A stretch of 64,000 nt of DNA from Deltaproteobacteria bacterium HGW-Deltaproteobacteria-4. GTDB lineage: Bacteria; Desulfobacterota; Desulfuromonadia; Desulfuromonadales; UBA2197. Under the pieces are notes generated by a model, which saw only the letters and a program-made list of their open reading frames with translations, did no database searches and was not told the origin of the DNA. Position 1 is the first letter of the stretch. Each line of letters opens with the position of its first letter. The translations under genes were made by a program, and so were the position numbers. Location of the stretch: assembly GCA_002841765.1 (NCBI GenBank), contig PHAV01000002.1, forward strand, positions 73,604 to 137,603, read 5' to 3'. Of this stretch, positions 55,192-64,000 are shown piece after piece.

Positions 55192-56012
55192 TGTCGCTGC
55201 GCATAGGCCATATTGCCTACGCTAACTGTGTCCCCTTCTTTTACTATCTGCGTCAATGCGGTTTTTCCGGCGAAATCCGTTCCGGAGTTCCATCGGAGCT
55301 TAATGGACTTCTCTCCGTCGGTGAGATTGATCTTGCACCCTCCTCTTCATTCGAATATGGGCGTAATTCTGGCGGTTACTTTCTTCTTCCTGGGCATTCG
55401 ATCAGTTCCTGCGGCCCGGTGCAGAGCGTCCTCCTCTTCTCTCCGCTCTCCCTCGAAGCACTCGGTAGTACGTCCATCGATCTGACCAGTGAATCCGCCA
55501 CGTCGATCAATCTTCTCAAACTCCTCCTTGCCGAATTTCTTGGGAAAGATCCCTGCTGTTGTCGTCCGGCCGCACAACCGGCAGAAGAGATTGCCGCCCA
55601 AGGGGGAAGTGTCTTGATAATTGGCGACCGCGCGCTGTGCACCGCTCAGCAGCTACGTGGAAAGACCAACATTTACGACCTTGGCGAACTCTGGTGGCGC
55701 TTTACCGGCCTTCCTTTTGTCTTTGCCCTGTGGATCGTCCGCGCCGCTATTGTTGCAGAAGAGGCGCCTGCTCTGCGTATCTTACAGCAACAATTGGCGC
55801 AGTCCCGGAAAATGGCCTTTGCCGATCTTTCCCTTTTGGCAGCAAAGACTCCTGAAAGGCAATGGATGGGAGAAGCCGCACTGATCGATTACTGGCGCGC
55901 CATGTCCTACGATCTCTCTCCGCAGCATCGGACGGGATTACAACTCTATTTTTCCCTCTGCGTCCGGCATGGCCTTCTCATAGAAGAACCGCTCCTTCGT
56001 TTCTTCGAATGA
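55191..56012 (+). CDS. mqnA: Chorismate dehydratase (futalosine-pathway menaquinone biosynthesis)
   Basis: IGHIAYANCVPFFYYL, GEIDLAPSSSFEY, PFVFALWIV. Confidence 0.75.
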   Translation: MSLRIGHIAYANCVPFFYYLRQCGFSGEIRSGVPSELNGLLSVGEIDLAPSSSFEYGRNSGGYFLLPGHSISSCGPVQSVLLFSPLSLEALGSTSIDLTSESATSINLLKLLLAEFLGKDPCCCRPAAQPAEEIAAQGGSVLIIGDRALCTAQQLRGKTNIYDLGELWWRFTGLPFVFALWIVRAAIVAEEAPALRILQQQLAQSRKMAFADLSLLAAKTPERQWMGEAALIDYWRAMSYDLSPQHRTGLQLYFSLCVRHGLLIEEPLLRFFE

Positions 56013-56097
56013 TAGATGCCACTAGGCAGATTTTTTGTAGCAATTGGAAAGCTTTTGATTGACAGAAGCAGCAGAAACGAAAATAATGACTTCCCTC

Positions 56098-56184
56098 GCC
56101 CGGGTGGTGGAATAGGTAGACACAAGGGACTTAAAATCCCTCGATCGTAAGGTCATACCGGTTCGATTCCGGTCCCGGGCACCA
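56098..56184 (+). tRNA. tRNA-Leu (anticodon UAA), class II with a long variable arm, CCA encoded
   Basis: GCCCGGGTGGTGGAATAGGTAGACAC, then AGGGA-CTTAAAA-TCCCT, then variable arm CGATCGTAAGGTCATAC, then CGGTTCGATTCCGGTCCCGGGCACCA. Confidence 0.9.
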
Positions 56185-56195
56185 CTAATGAAATT

Positions 56196-56230
56196 AAGGA
56201 CTTGGCAGATAATGCTGGGTCCTTTTTTTA
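56196..56230 (+). terminator. Terminator after tRNA-Leu
   Basis: AAGGAC...GTCCTT stem plus a T7 run. Confidence 0.65.
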
Positions 56231-56398
56231 TTGTTTCTCTTATCGGTATCATAAATGGACCACAAAAGTATTGAATGAAAAAATTGAGACCGGAGAATTT
56301 TCGGGGCTCTTTTTATTGTGCTACACTACAATTGAGTGTTTAGAAGTTGAGCTTTTAGAAGGTCTGGGTCAATTCACATCATAGCGAAAGGAACTAAC

Positions 56399-56596
56399 AT
56401 GTTCATAGCCAGAGACAAGAATAACGACCTGTACCTGTTCGCTGAATTACCCAAGAGAGGCAACGAATGCTGGTGGGCTGAAGCGGGCTTGGACGGTACC
56501 TATCTTAAGTTGAATAAATCTCTCTATCCAGAAATTACATGGGATTCTGAACCGCTACCGGTCCGACTGGAGTTGCTGAACGGGAGTTTGAAATGA
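56399..56596 (+). CDS. Small hypothetical protein (65 aa), translationally coupled to the MBL gene
   Basis: ATGA overlap with the next gene. AT-rich. No family recognised. Confidence 0.4.
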   Translation: MFIARDKNNDLYLFAELPKRGNECWWAEAGLDGTYLKLNKSLYPEITWDSEPLPVRLELLNGSLK

Positions 56597-58002
56597 GAAT
56601 TACCTTCATTGGTGCCGTGCGTACTGTGACCGGTTCGCAACATCTGCTCGAAATTAACGGCAAAACTATCATGCTTGATTGTGGCCTGTTTCAGGGCAAG
56701 CGCAAGGAAGCCTTCGAGAAAAACCGTAGCGAGTTTTGCCAAGGAGACAGCGTCGACTGCCTGATTCTTTCTCATGCTCACATCGATCACTCGGGCAGGG
56801 TTCCCTGCCTCGTCAGGAACGGTTTTAACGGCGATATTTTTTGTACGTCGGCAACCAGGGACCTGTGTGCCGTGATGCTCATGGACAGCGCCTTTATCCA
56901 GGAAAAGGACGTGGAATTCGTCAATCGTCGTCGCCAGCAGCAGGGGCAAAGTCTCTTTGAGCCCCTCTACACTAAGGCCGATGTGACCAGGTCCATGGAT
57001 CAATTCGTCGGGCTAAGCTACAACCGGCCCCACCAGCTCTTCCCCGGCATCTCTCTTACTCTGGTGGATGCCGGTCACATGCTGGGCAGTGCCCATGTCA
57101 TTCTTGAGTTCGAGGAACAGGGCTCCGGGCAGAAGCGCCGCCTCGTCTTCAGTGGGGATGTCGGGAGGCCTGATATCCCCATCATCCGTGACCCTGTACC
57201 GATTAGCGATGGTGCCGATATTTTGATCATGGAGAGCACGTATGGGAATCGGTTGCACCCTGACTACCTTGAGTCGGAAAAGGAGCTGGAGCGCATTGTC
57301 AATGAAACCGTGAGTCGTGGCGGAGCACTATTGGTCCCGGCCTTTGCCGTCGGCCGCACACAGCAGCTTGTCTACGCACTCCACAAGCTGCACAGCAAGG
57401 GGGCCATTCCCGACCTGCCTATATTTGTCGATAGCCCTCTGGCCACCCGCACCACCGAAGTTTTCCGCCTCCATCCGGAAGTCTTTGATGCAGACGTTCG
57501 CGAGTTTCTCCTCACTGACGGCGACAAAAACCCTTTTGGTTTTGGTCGCCTGCAGTACACTCAGTCGGTGGAGCAATCAAAGGCACTCAACAGTTTGAAA
57601 ACCCCGGCGGTTATCATCAGTTCCGGGGGCATGCTGGAGGGCGGCAGAATTCTCCATCATTTACGGAACCGCATCGAAGATTCGCGCAACACCATTCTCT
57701 TGACAAGCTGGCAGGCGCCCAACACCCTCGGTCGCCGCCTCGTCGAAAAAGAAAAGACCGTGCGCATTTTTGGGGAGGAGTTCCAAGTGCGGGCCAAGGT
57801 GGAGGTCCTGCCCGGTTTCTCCGGCCATGCCGACCGGAACGGGCTCATTAATTTTGTGCGTGCCATGAAAAAGAAACCGCAACACACCTTTATTGTTCAT
57901 GGAGAAGACGATTCCTCCGAGAGTCTGGCCAATGCCCTGCGCAATGAACTGGGTCTCGAACACGTGGCCATTCCGGATTCCATGCAAACTTTCGAGGTTT
58001 GA
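56593..58002 (+). CDS. MBL-fold beta-CASP metallo-hydrolase (RNA-metabolising nuclease family)
   Basis: HxHxDH motif (LSHAHIDHSG), beta-CASP motifs (ESTYG, GFSGHAD, HGE). Confidence 0.85.
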   Translation: MRITFIGAVRTVTGSQHLLEINGKTIMLDCGLFQGKRKEAFEKNRSEFCQGDSVDCLILSHAHIDHSGRVPCLVRNGFNGDIFCTSATRDLCAVMLMDSAFIQEKDVEFVNRRRQQQGQSLFEPLYTKADVTRSMDQFVGLSYNRPHQLFPGISLTLVDAGHMLGSAHVILEFEEQGSGQKRRLVFSGDVGRPDIPIIRDPVPISDGADILIMESTYGNRLHPDYLESEKELERIVNETVSRGGALLVPAFAVGRTQQLVYALHKLHSKGAIPDLPIFVDSPLATRTTEVFRLHPEVFDADVREFLLTDGDKNPFGFGRLQYTQSVEQSKALNSLKTPAVIISSGGMLEGGRILHHLRNRIEDSRNTILLTSWQAPNTLGRRLVEKEKTVRIFGEEFQVRAKVEVLPGFSGHADRNGLINFVRAMKKKPQHTFIVHGEDDSSESLANALRNELGLEHVAIPDSMQTFEV

Positions 58003-58073
58003 TAGTTTGTAACTATTTAAAATTACAAGTAATACTTAAAACTGCTTGGCAGAACGATTTTGCTGGATACTCC

Positions 58074-58140
58074 TTCAATTCTCGTTTCGGGCACCACAGT
58101 AAAATTAGGGACTTGGCTTTTTAAGCTAAGTCCTTTTTTT
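58074..58140 (+). repeat. Degenerate copy of the tRNA-Leu 3' end plus its downstream terminator
   Basis: TTCAATTCTCGTTTCGGGCACCA matches tRNA TTCGATTCCGGTCCCGGGCACCA at 18/23 positions. The following sequence AAATTAGGGACTTGGC...GTCCTTTTTTT parallels 56185-56230. Confidence 0.75.
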
Positions 58141-58483
58141 GTGTACGTCCGTTAGGGCGCATAGGTCGCAAGTGCCAATGATTTAAGAGGGATATTTGCA
58201 AAATATAATTTTATCGACCAGTTGCTTCAAAATAATAAGCTGTTAGAATTTGATTATTAAGTGAAATTTTATTCCGCTTAGGTAGAATGACTCAGTAGAA
58301 AATGCTAACTAATTTATAATGTTGTGTATTTCTTTGTCGAGTTAGCCCGTGTTCTTCTTTCTGGTGGCTGAATGAGACAGGATTTATCGGGTATTTGAGG
58401 GAGTTTTTTGGTGAGAATGGATGGTCATAAGCACAAAACGCTTTGTGACCGAAAGGAGATTTACGCATGACAAAGGAGGCGAC

Positions 58484-59692
58484 ATGAAAAGATGGCAATC
58501 CCTGTTGGCGGGTTTTGCCGTGTGTCTGCTTGGCATCAGTCTAGCCGAGAGCGCTCAGGCGTTGTCGATTTCGGGACGATCAAGTTCCGAAATCGAATGG
58601 TTTGACAATGCTGATGGAGACACGGCAGTTCCCGCCTACGAGTACCTGCTGCTCAATGTCAAGGATATCGATGGCGCCGGCCTTAACTTCCGTGGTTACG
58701 GTCGCATCGCCGATGATCTGGCCAATGAGGTCAATGTTGACAGTCGGCTCTACTACGCTTATCTGGAAAAGCGTGAACTGCTACCTAACTTCGATATCAA
58801 GCTTGGTCGCCAGTTTATCTCTACGGCGGGCGGGGCTTCGTTAATGGACGGGCTCTATCTGAAAGCCCGGGATCTGGGACCCTTCAGCTTGACCGTCTTT
58901 GGCGGCGGCGATGTTTCCTACTACGCCGGCTACAACGCCAAGGATTTGATCGATGGTGTCGAACTCTCCGGGAAGTTCGATGCTCTTCAGCTAGGGATCT
59001 CCTACATTCAGCGCTGGGAAGAGAGCGAACTCGCCAACGAATTGATCGGCTTCAATGCCGATTATGAGTACCGAAAAATGTTCAGCCTCTTCGGTGAGGG
59101 CCAGTTCAACTACCTCTCGAATAGCATCTCCTATTTCAATGGCGGCTTTGTTTACCACCGTGACCCAAACTGGTCGCTGCGCGGCGAATACCTCTATTCG
59201 CTCCCGGTCTTCTCCTCAACATCGATCTATTCGGTCTTTGCCGTGGATGAATATCAGGAGGTCGCAACCGAACTCAGCTTCCGCCACGGTCAGGGCGTCC
59301 GGTCATTTGTCAAATACACCCGGGAAATTTATCAGGACTTTGATGACGCCAATGTCCTTGAAGGCGGGGTCGAGAAGATCCGCACCGATCGTTTGTCCTA
59401 CTACCTTGCCGGCGTGCTGCGCGAAGGGAACGATGGGCAGGATCTGCGAGGAATTCGGGCGCATGGTTCCTGGCTCTTCAATCGTTATTTCCGGGCCGGT
59501 ATCGGCGCTGATCTTGATGTGCTTGAACGGCGCATTGAAGAGACCGATGAAACAAGCAGCTCGCGGGTGTGGGTCGATGCGACCGCCACAATCAGTAAAA
59601 AAATCAACGTCGAGGCCAAAGTCGAACGGGCGGAAAGCGACCTGTGGGACGAGTATTACCGGGGTCGCGTTCGTCTGAACATTCTCTTCTGA
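58484..59692 (+). CDS. Outer-membrane beta-barrel (porin-like) protein of a porin-cytochrome cluster
   Basis: Signal peptide MKRWQSLLAGFAVCLLGISLAESAQA, alternating beta-strand pattern rich in Y/G/D/R, and a C-terminal ...VRLNILF ending in Phe. Confidence 0.7.
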   Translation: MKRWQSLLAGFAVCLLGISLAESAQALSISGRSSSEIEWFDNADGDTAVPAYEYLLLNVKDIDGAGLNFRGYGRIADDLANEVNVDSRLYYAYLEKRELLPNFDIKLGRQFISTAGGASLMDGLYLKARDLGPFSLTVFGGGDVSYYAGYNAKDLIDGVELSGKFDALQLGISYIQRWEESELANELIGFNADYEYRKMFSLFGEGQFNYLSNSISYFNGGFVYHRDPNWSLRGEYLYSLPVFSSTSIYSVFAVDEYQEVATELSFRHGQGVRSFVKYTREIYQDFDDANVLEGGVEKIRTDRLSYYLAGVLREGNDGQDLRGIRAHGSWLFNRYFRAGIGADLDVLERRIEETDETSSSRVWVDATATISKKINVEAKVERAESDLWDEYYRGRVRLNILF

Positions 59693-59705
59693 AAGGAGTG
59701 CCGAT

Positions 59706-60521
59706 ATGATTCGTATACTGCAACTGTTCACCGTCGGCCTGCTCCTCGGGGCATCGACACTGTGGGCCACCGATTTTAACCACGCCGGCCATCAACTCAT
59801 GGCTGGAGATCTCTCCTGTGTCGCCTGTCATGCGGAGGATAATCGTGATATTCGCCCCGATAACAAGGTTTGTCTTGAGTGCCACGATGAGGCCTTTGTC
59901 GATAATCTCAAATTGCCAGGATTAGTCACCCACGACGTAACCTGGGCGCTGACTCACCGTGGCGCAGCACTCGCCAAGACCTATGATTGCTCTGCCTGTC
60001 ACGAGCAGGATTATTGTCTCGACTGCCACAAAGCCGGGCGGGCCGATGAAATGGGCAAGCTCGGTAACACCATGACCAACGTTCACCGCTCCGAGTTTAC
60101 CGTCACCCACCCGATCGCGGCGCGCACCAACCCGCAACTCTGTAACAAATGCCATGAGAGCAAGTTCTGTGTTGAGTGTCACGATGATTTCAATCCTGCC
60201 GATTTGGCCCTTGACTCCCATCGCAAAGGCTTTACCAACGGCACCCTCGGTGGGCAACATGCTTTTTACAGCGATCAACAATGCCAGGGCTGTCACACTA
60301 ACTCAGTGCTGCCGAGCCACCAATGGTCGAATAGTCATGCCCGCGAAGCGCGAAAAAACCTGGCCACCTGTCAAGCTTGCCATCCTGATGGTGATGTCTG
60401 TCTTAAATGCCACAGTGCCAAGAGCGGTTTGATGGCCAACCCTCATCCTCGTGACTGGGATGATGTTAAAAATCGTCTTAAGCGGGCCAGTGACGCTAAA
60501 ACTTGTCGTAAATGCCACTAA
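59706..60521 (+). CDS. Periplasmic decahaem c-type cytochrome
   Basis: Signal peptide plus 10 CXXCH motifs counted in 271 aa (CVACH, CLECH, CSACH, CLDCH, CNKCH, CVECH, CQGCH, CQACH, CLKCH, CRKCH). Confidence 0.9.
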   Translation: MIRILQLFTVGLLLGASTLWATDFNHAGHQLMAGDLSCVACHAEDNRDIRPDNKVCLECHDEAFVDNLKLPGLVTHDVTWALTHRGAALAKTYDCSACHEQDYCLDCHKAGRADEMGKLGNTMTNVHRSEFTVTHPIAARTNPQLCNKCHESKFCVECHDDFNPADLALDSHRKGFTNGTLGGQHAFYSDQQCQGCHTNSVLPSHQWSNSHAREARKNLATCQACHPDGDVCLKCHSAKSGLMANPHPRDWDDVKNRLKRASDAKTCRKCH

Positions 60522-60544
60522 ACGCTCTGAATAAGGAGGAAAAA

Positions 60545-62746
60545 ATGCGCAAAAATAAGTATCTAGCAATTGTCGTTGTTTCGCTCTTCTTGTCGACTCT
60601 TTGGGGTTGCGGAAGCAACTTGGATTCGGGCGGCGATCAAACCGGACCGGACAGTACTTTGGCAGATGCCCAGCCGTTAGGAATAAATAATTGCCTGACC
60701 TGTCATCAGGCTGAGACTGGCGTTGCAAAAACCTGGTTGGCTGGCGTTCATGGCAACCCGGCGGTCAGTGAACCAAACAACGGATTGGTAGACCCCGCAT
60801 GCCTGACCTGCCATGACCAGTTGGGCGACGGACAAAAACTTTCCACAGCAACGAACGGAATTGTGGCCAACCGACCGGTAGTAAGCTGCGAATCGTGCCA
60901 CGGTGGAGGGCAGTATCACAACGGGATTGCTGCAGGTATCCCTTTTGCCTCCCCCGATTCCAACCGCTGCGGGCAGTGCCACAACGCCACCTTCCCGCAC
61001 GGGTCTTCCCCTGAAGGAAAAGGAATCGTCGAAGCATTTCAGGCATCGCCGCATTCTCGATCTCTCAATGCAAGTGTGTTTGTAGCGGGAACTACCAATG
61101 TGCGTGCCCGTTGCTCTAAGTGCCATAGCGACGAAGGGGCGAAGCAGTATCTGAACGTTGATGGCGACTACGCGTACCTCAGCGCCAACTTGCCGAATAC
61201 CTTGGCGCCAGTAAGCGATGCAAACAACATTGACTGCCGCACCTGTCACTCTCCACACCAGGAAGATCAATTGCTTGAGGCGGAGTCGACAGGCCGCAGT
61301 TCAGAGTTCAACACTTGCACCAACTGTCATCAACTGTTGCAAGCGAGCAGTAGTGCAAAGATCATTGCTTATCATGATCCGGCAGCCAATCAGTACGGTG
61401 CTGTGAATGAGATCATTACCGACACCCATTTTGCTACTCCCGGAAATTTCGTCAACGGTACTAATAACGCCGATATTTCCGGGTATGCTTTCGATTTCTC
61501 CAGCAATCGCGCTTGTCGCGACTGTCACAACCCGCATAACGCCGACAACACCATCAATAAGCAGTGGGCCGCCTCCGGACACGCAGATACAACGGCGGCC
61601 GGTGCATGGGCTCATTACAACTGGACCGAAGTTCCCGGCGCCGTTCGTAACGACTTCACCGTCGTCAGCGCATTTGGTGACCGTCGCCCCTGCCAGCGTT
61701 GTCATACCACTACCGGTGTCATTGCCTATTTGACCGCCAATACCGATGCCGATCCCGCTGAATATGCGGCGCCACTGGCGTACAACTCCAATTTCAAGCC
61801 GGAGATGCTCAAGTGCAACGGTTGCCATACCGATAGCGTCGGTACCCTGCGTACCACAGGCCGAATTACTGCTCCCTATACCAATGCACCTGACCAATAC
61901 CCCGCTGCTGCCGGGTCTAATCTCTGTTTGGCTTGTCACACCGGAGTTGAGAGTGGCGAATCAATCAAAAATTCCAGCGCTAATTTCGCCGCCACCGGTT
62001 TCATAAACTCGCATTACCTTACCGCTGGAGGCACGGTTTTCGGGAAGTCTGGCTACACCTTTGGAGATCGTAATTATGCGATCCCCGCTGGCGACCGCCA
62101 CGACAAAATCGGCATGGGCATTGCCACCGGTGACGCCAATTTTGATGCCGTGCGCGGCAACTACACCGAGGGGCCCTGCGTCACTTGTCACTTCGACAAC
62201 AATGATGGCTCGCACACACTCAGTCCCTTGACTGAGTACTCCCCCGGCGATGTCTCTCTGAATCCGGTTTGTGTCGTTTGTCACTCTTCCCGCGGCGCCG
62301 GTACCAATGCCGAGACCACATGGCTTGGCACGGATGAGATTGCAGCGACCCTGCAGGGGTCGACCCACAAGGCACGTTATCAGGCGGCTCTTGAGGCGCT
62401 GAAAGTGCAATTGGCCAACAATGGCTACGCATTCACCACTGGCTACCCCTATTTCGCCAATACGAACTGGACCGTGGGTATCTCTAGCGACGGCAAAGCC
62501 AATATGGGCGCCGCCTTCAATTACAATCTGCTGATTCATGATCCAGGTGGTGTGGCCCATAACCGTCGCTACACTCGGCGGCTGATTTACGATGCTATCG
62601 ACCATCTGGATGACGGCATACTTAACTATTCGGTCTTTTCCACCCTCAATGCCCTCGATGTTTCCGCTGTTTATAAGTCCAGTGCCATCGCTTACCTGAT
62701 TAATAATGGGGCGGTCAATGGAGGGACTGCGGCCGAGCGTTTTTGA
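60545..62746 (+). CDS. Multihaem (13 CXXCH) lipoprotein c-type cytochrome
   Basis: Lipobox LSTLWGC. 13 CXXCH motifs counted. AGGAGG RBS ahead of the ATG at 60545. Confidence 0.9.
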   Translation: MRKNKYLAIVVVSLFLSTLWGCGSNLDSGGDQTGPDSTLADAQPLGINNCLTCHQAETGVAKTWLAGVHGNPAVSEPNNGLVDPACLTCHDQLGDGQKLSTATNGIVANRPVVSCESCHGGGQYHNGIAAGIPFASPDSNRCGQCHNATFPHGSSPEGKGIVEAFQASPHSRSLNASVFVAGTTNVRARCSKCHSDEGAKQYLNVDGDYAYLSANLPNTLAPVSDANNIDCRTCHSPHQEDQLLEAESTGRSSEFNTCTNCHQLLQASSSAKIIAYHDPAANQYGAVNEIITDTHFATPGNFVNGTNNADISGYAFDFSSNRACRDCHNPHNADNTINKQWAASGHADTTAAGAWAHYNWTEVPGAVRNDFTVVSAFGDRRPCQRCHTTTGVIAYLTANTDADPAEYAAPLAYNSNFKPEMLKCNGCHTDSVGTLRTTGRITAPYTNAPDQYPAAAGSNLCLACHTGVESGESIKNSSANFAATGFINSHYLTAGGTVFGKSGYTFGDRNYAIPAGDRHDKIGMGIATGDANFDAVRGNYTEGPCVTCHFDNNDGSHTLSPLTEYSPGDVSLNPVCVVCHSSRGAGTNAETTWLGTDEIAATLQGSTHKARYQAALEALKVQLANNGYAFTTGYPYFANTNWTVGISSDGKANMGAAFNYNLLIHDPGGVAHNRRYTRRLIYDAIDHLDDGILNYSVFSTLNALDVSAVYKSSAIAYLINNGAVNGGTAAERF

Positions 62747-62900
62747 CAATTGGTTCAGTATTAGTAACGACTGCAAGATTAAGTCAGTTAACCCTTTAAA
62801 ATGACGGAAAGTACAGGAACGTAGTGGCCGCTAATGGGGGTTGGGTAGACCATGGCAGCCACCTTTTTAGATCCCTTAACAGGGAAAGGAGAATAAGGAC

Positions 62901-64000
62901 ATGAAAACTGATTTGTGGAAAAATGGGAACGGGAAGAAATTCTTACTAGTTGCGTTATTGGCTCTGGCGGTTACCTTGGCTGGCTGCGAGGGCGATGACG
63001 GCTCTCAAGGGCCTCAAGGCCCTGCCGGACCTCCGGGGGGGGCAGTTGTTGATGCGTCAACCACTTCTGCCGCCACTCTGGCAGAGATTGATGTGCAGTC
63101 CGAAATTACCAGTGTGACCATTGCCAGTCCTCCCGTTGTTAACTTTACCTTGAAAGACAGCAACGGAATCGGCATTACCGGGTTGGCCGCTCTAAAAGAA
63201 AATGATGCCCGCTTTATCCGTTTTACTTTAGTTAAACTGGTCCCTGCCGCAGCTAACAGTGGCAACACAAGTTCTTGGGTTAGTTATATCCGGGATAGCG
63301 ATGGTCTGCCTACTTACGACAACGCCGGTACTCTGGTCGATCATGGCGACGGCAGCTATACCTACACCTTTGCCACTGATGTGGCAAAGGTTGCAGGCGT
63401 TACCTATCAGCCGACCTTGACCCATCGCCTCGGTGGACAGATTGGTAGCAGTTCTGTGGCCCTGGAAGCGCAAAACTTTGCCTATGATTTTGTCCCGGCC
63501 GGGGGCGCCGTGACCGCCATGCGTAACATCGCGACCATGAGTTCCTGTAACGAATGCCATGGTAATCTGGTCTTTCATGGCCGCCGCTTTGAAGTTGAAT
63601 ACTGTGTGACCTGCCACAACCCTGACCTAGTTGTGGGTCCTGATTCTTTTGATATGTCGACAATGGTCCACAAAATCCACTCGGCAAACTCGACCTATGT
63701 CGACGGCGATTTTGCTGAAGTGACCTACCCCCAGGAGAAAAACTGTCTCAAGTGCCATAACGGGGCGGACAGTGCGACACCGCAGGGGAATAACTGGCAG
63801 ACCAAGCCGATCATGGCCGCCTGCGGTGGTTGCCACACGGTCGACTTCGCTACCCATCAGGGCGGACAGACCGATAACAGCGCCTGTGCCGGCTGTCATT
63901 CTCCCACTGCGATTGAAGGCTATCACCTGTCGGACAATGCTACCGAAAACAATCCGAATGTTCCGGCTGGAGCGGCCAACCTCACTTATGAAATCAAAGA
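62901..64000 (+). CDS. OmcA/MtrC-family multihaem lipoprotein cytochrome, N-terminal 366 aa (3' end beyond the window); absent from the ORF track
   Basis: My own translation is MKTDLWKNGNGKKFLLVALLALAVTLAGCEGDDGSQGPQGPAGPPGG... with no stop up to nt 64000. RBS is AAGGAGAA. Five CXXCH motifs so far, including SCNECHGNLVFHGRRFEVEYCVTCHNP, which matches the remembered OmcA/MtrC signature. Confidence 0.85.
   Translation, partial: MKTDLWKNGNGKKFLLVALLALAVTLAGCEGDDGSQGPQGPAGPPGGAVVDASTTSAATLAEIDVQSEITSVTIASPPVVNFTLKDSNGIGITGLAALKENDARFIRFTLVKLVPAAANSGNTSSWVSYIRDSDGLPTYDNAGTLVDHGDGSYTYTFATDVAKVAGVTYQPTLTHRLGGQIGSSSVALEAQNFAYDFVPAGGAVTAMRNIATMSSCNECHGNLVFHGRRFEVEYCVTCHNPDLVVGPDSFDMSTMVHKIHSANSTYVDGDFAEVTYPQEKNCLKCHNGADSATPQGNNWQTKPIMAACGGCHTVDFATHQGGQTDNSACAGCHSPTAIEGYHLSDNATENNPNVPAGAANLTYEIK

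Noticed and set aside
56022-56252. 76-aa minus-strand ORF
   Set aside because: It overlaps tRNA-Leu and its terminator.

Overview
This is a GC-rich chromosomal segment. The pilMNOPQ-aroK-aroB-aroQ-accBC synteny, futalosine-pathway mqnA and dense multihaem cytochromes suggest a Desulfuromonadales (Geobacter/Desulfuromonas) relative, though the taxon is inference. Most of the window is housekeeping: the 3' part of czcA, ndh-cydAB, recQ, nrdJ, tsaD-rsmA, panBC, smpB/ssrA, the type IV pilus machinery, shikimate genes, accBC, a TolC-family gene, mqnA and tRNA-Leu. Four regions are not ordinary.
(1) 16.2-19.6 kb is a REP/RayT locus. GTAG-headed palindromic REPs and a 62-bp composite unit surround an IS200-like tyrosine transposase gene. 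Inverted REP clusters bracket a conspicuously AT-rich 586-aa ABC-ATPase + Toprim protein (OLD-like or fused PARIS-like). This is my best candidate for a novel or accessory defence module, possibly mobilised by the REP system.
(2) 58.4-64.0 kb is a porin-cytochrome electron-conduit cluster: a beta-barrel, a 10-haem periplasmic cytochrome, a 13-haem lipoprotein, and an OmcA/MtrC-type lipoprotein cytochrome. That last ORF runs off the window end and is missing from the supplied ORF track.
(3) 56.1-58.1 kb is a 1.9-kb insert bounded by tRNA-Leu and a degenerate copy of its 3' end plus terminator. It carries a small ORF and a beta-CASP MBL nuclease and has no integrase.
(4) Several cis-regulatory elements are readable directly. 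These are a yybP-ykoY Mn riboswitch ahead of the TerC gene, three TTGAY-N4-GTCAA (FNR/DNR-type) boxes around cydA, a ygbA-like gene and an Fe-S gene, and possible NrdR boxes ahead of nrdJ.
Many long ORFs in the track are antisense shadows of real genes in GC-rich DNA and are rejected. No HMM or BLAST search could be run, so all family calls rest on motifs read by eye.
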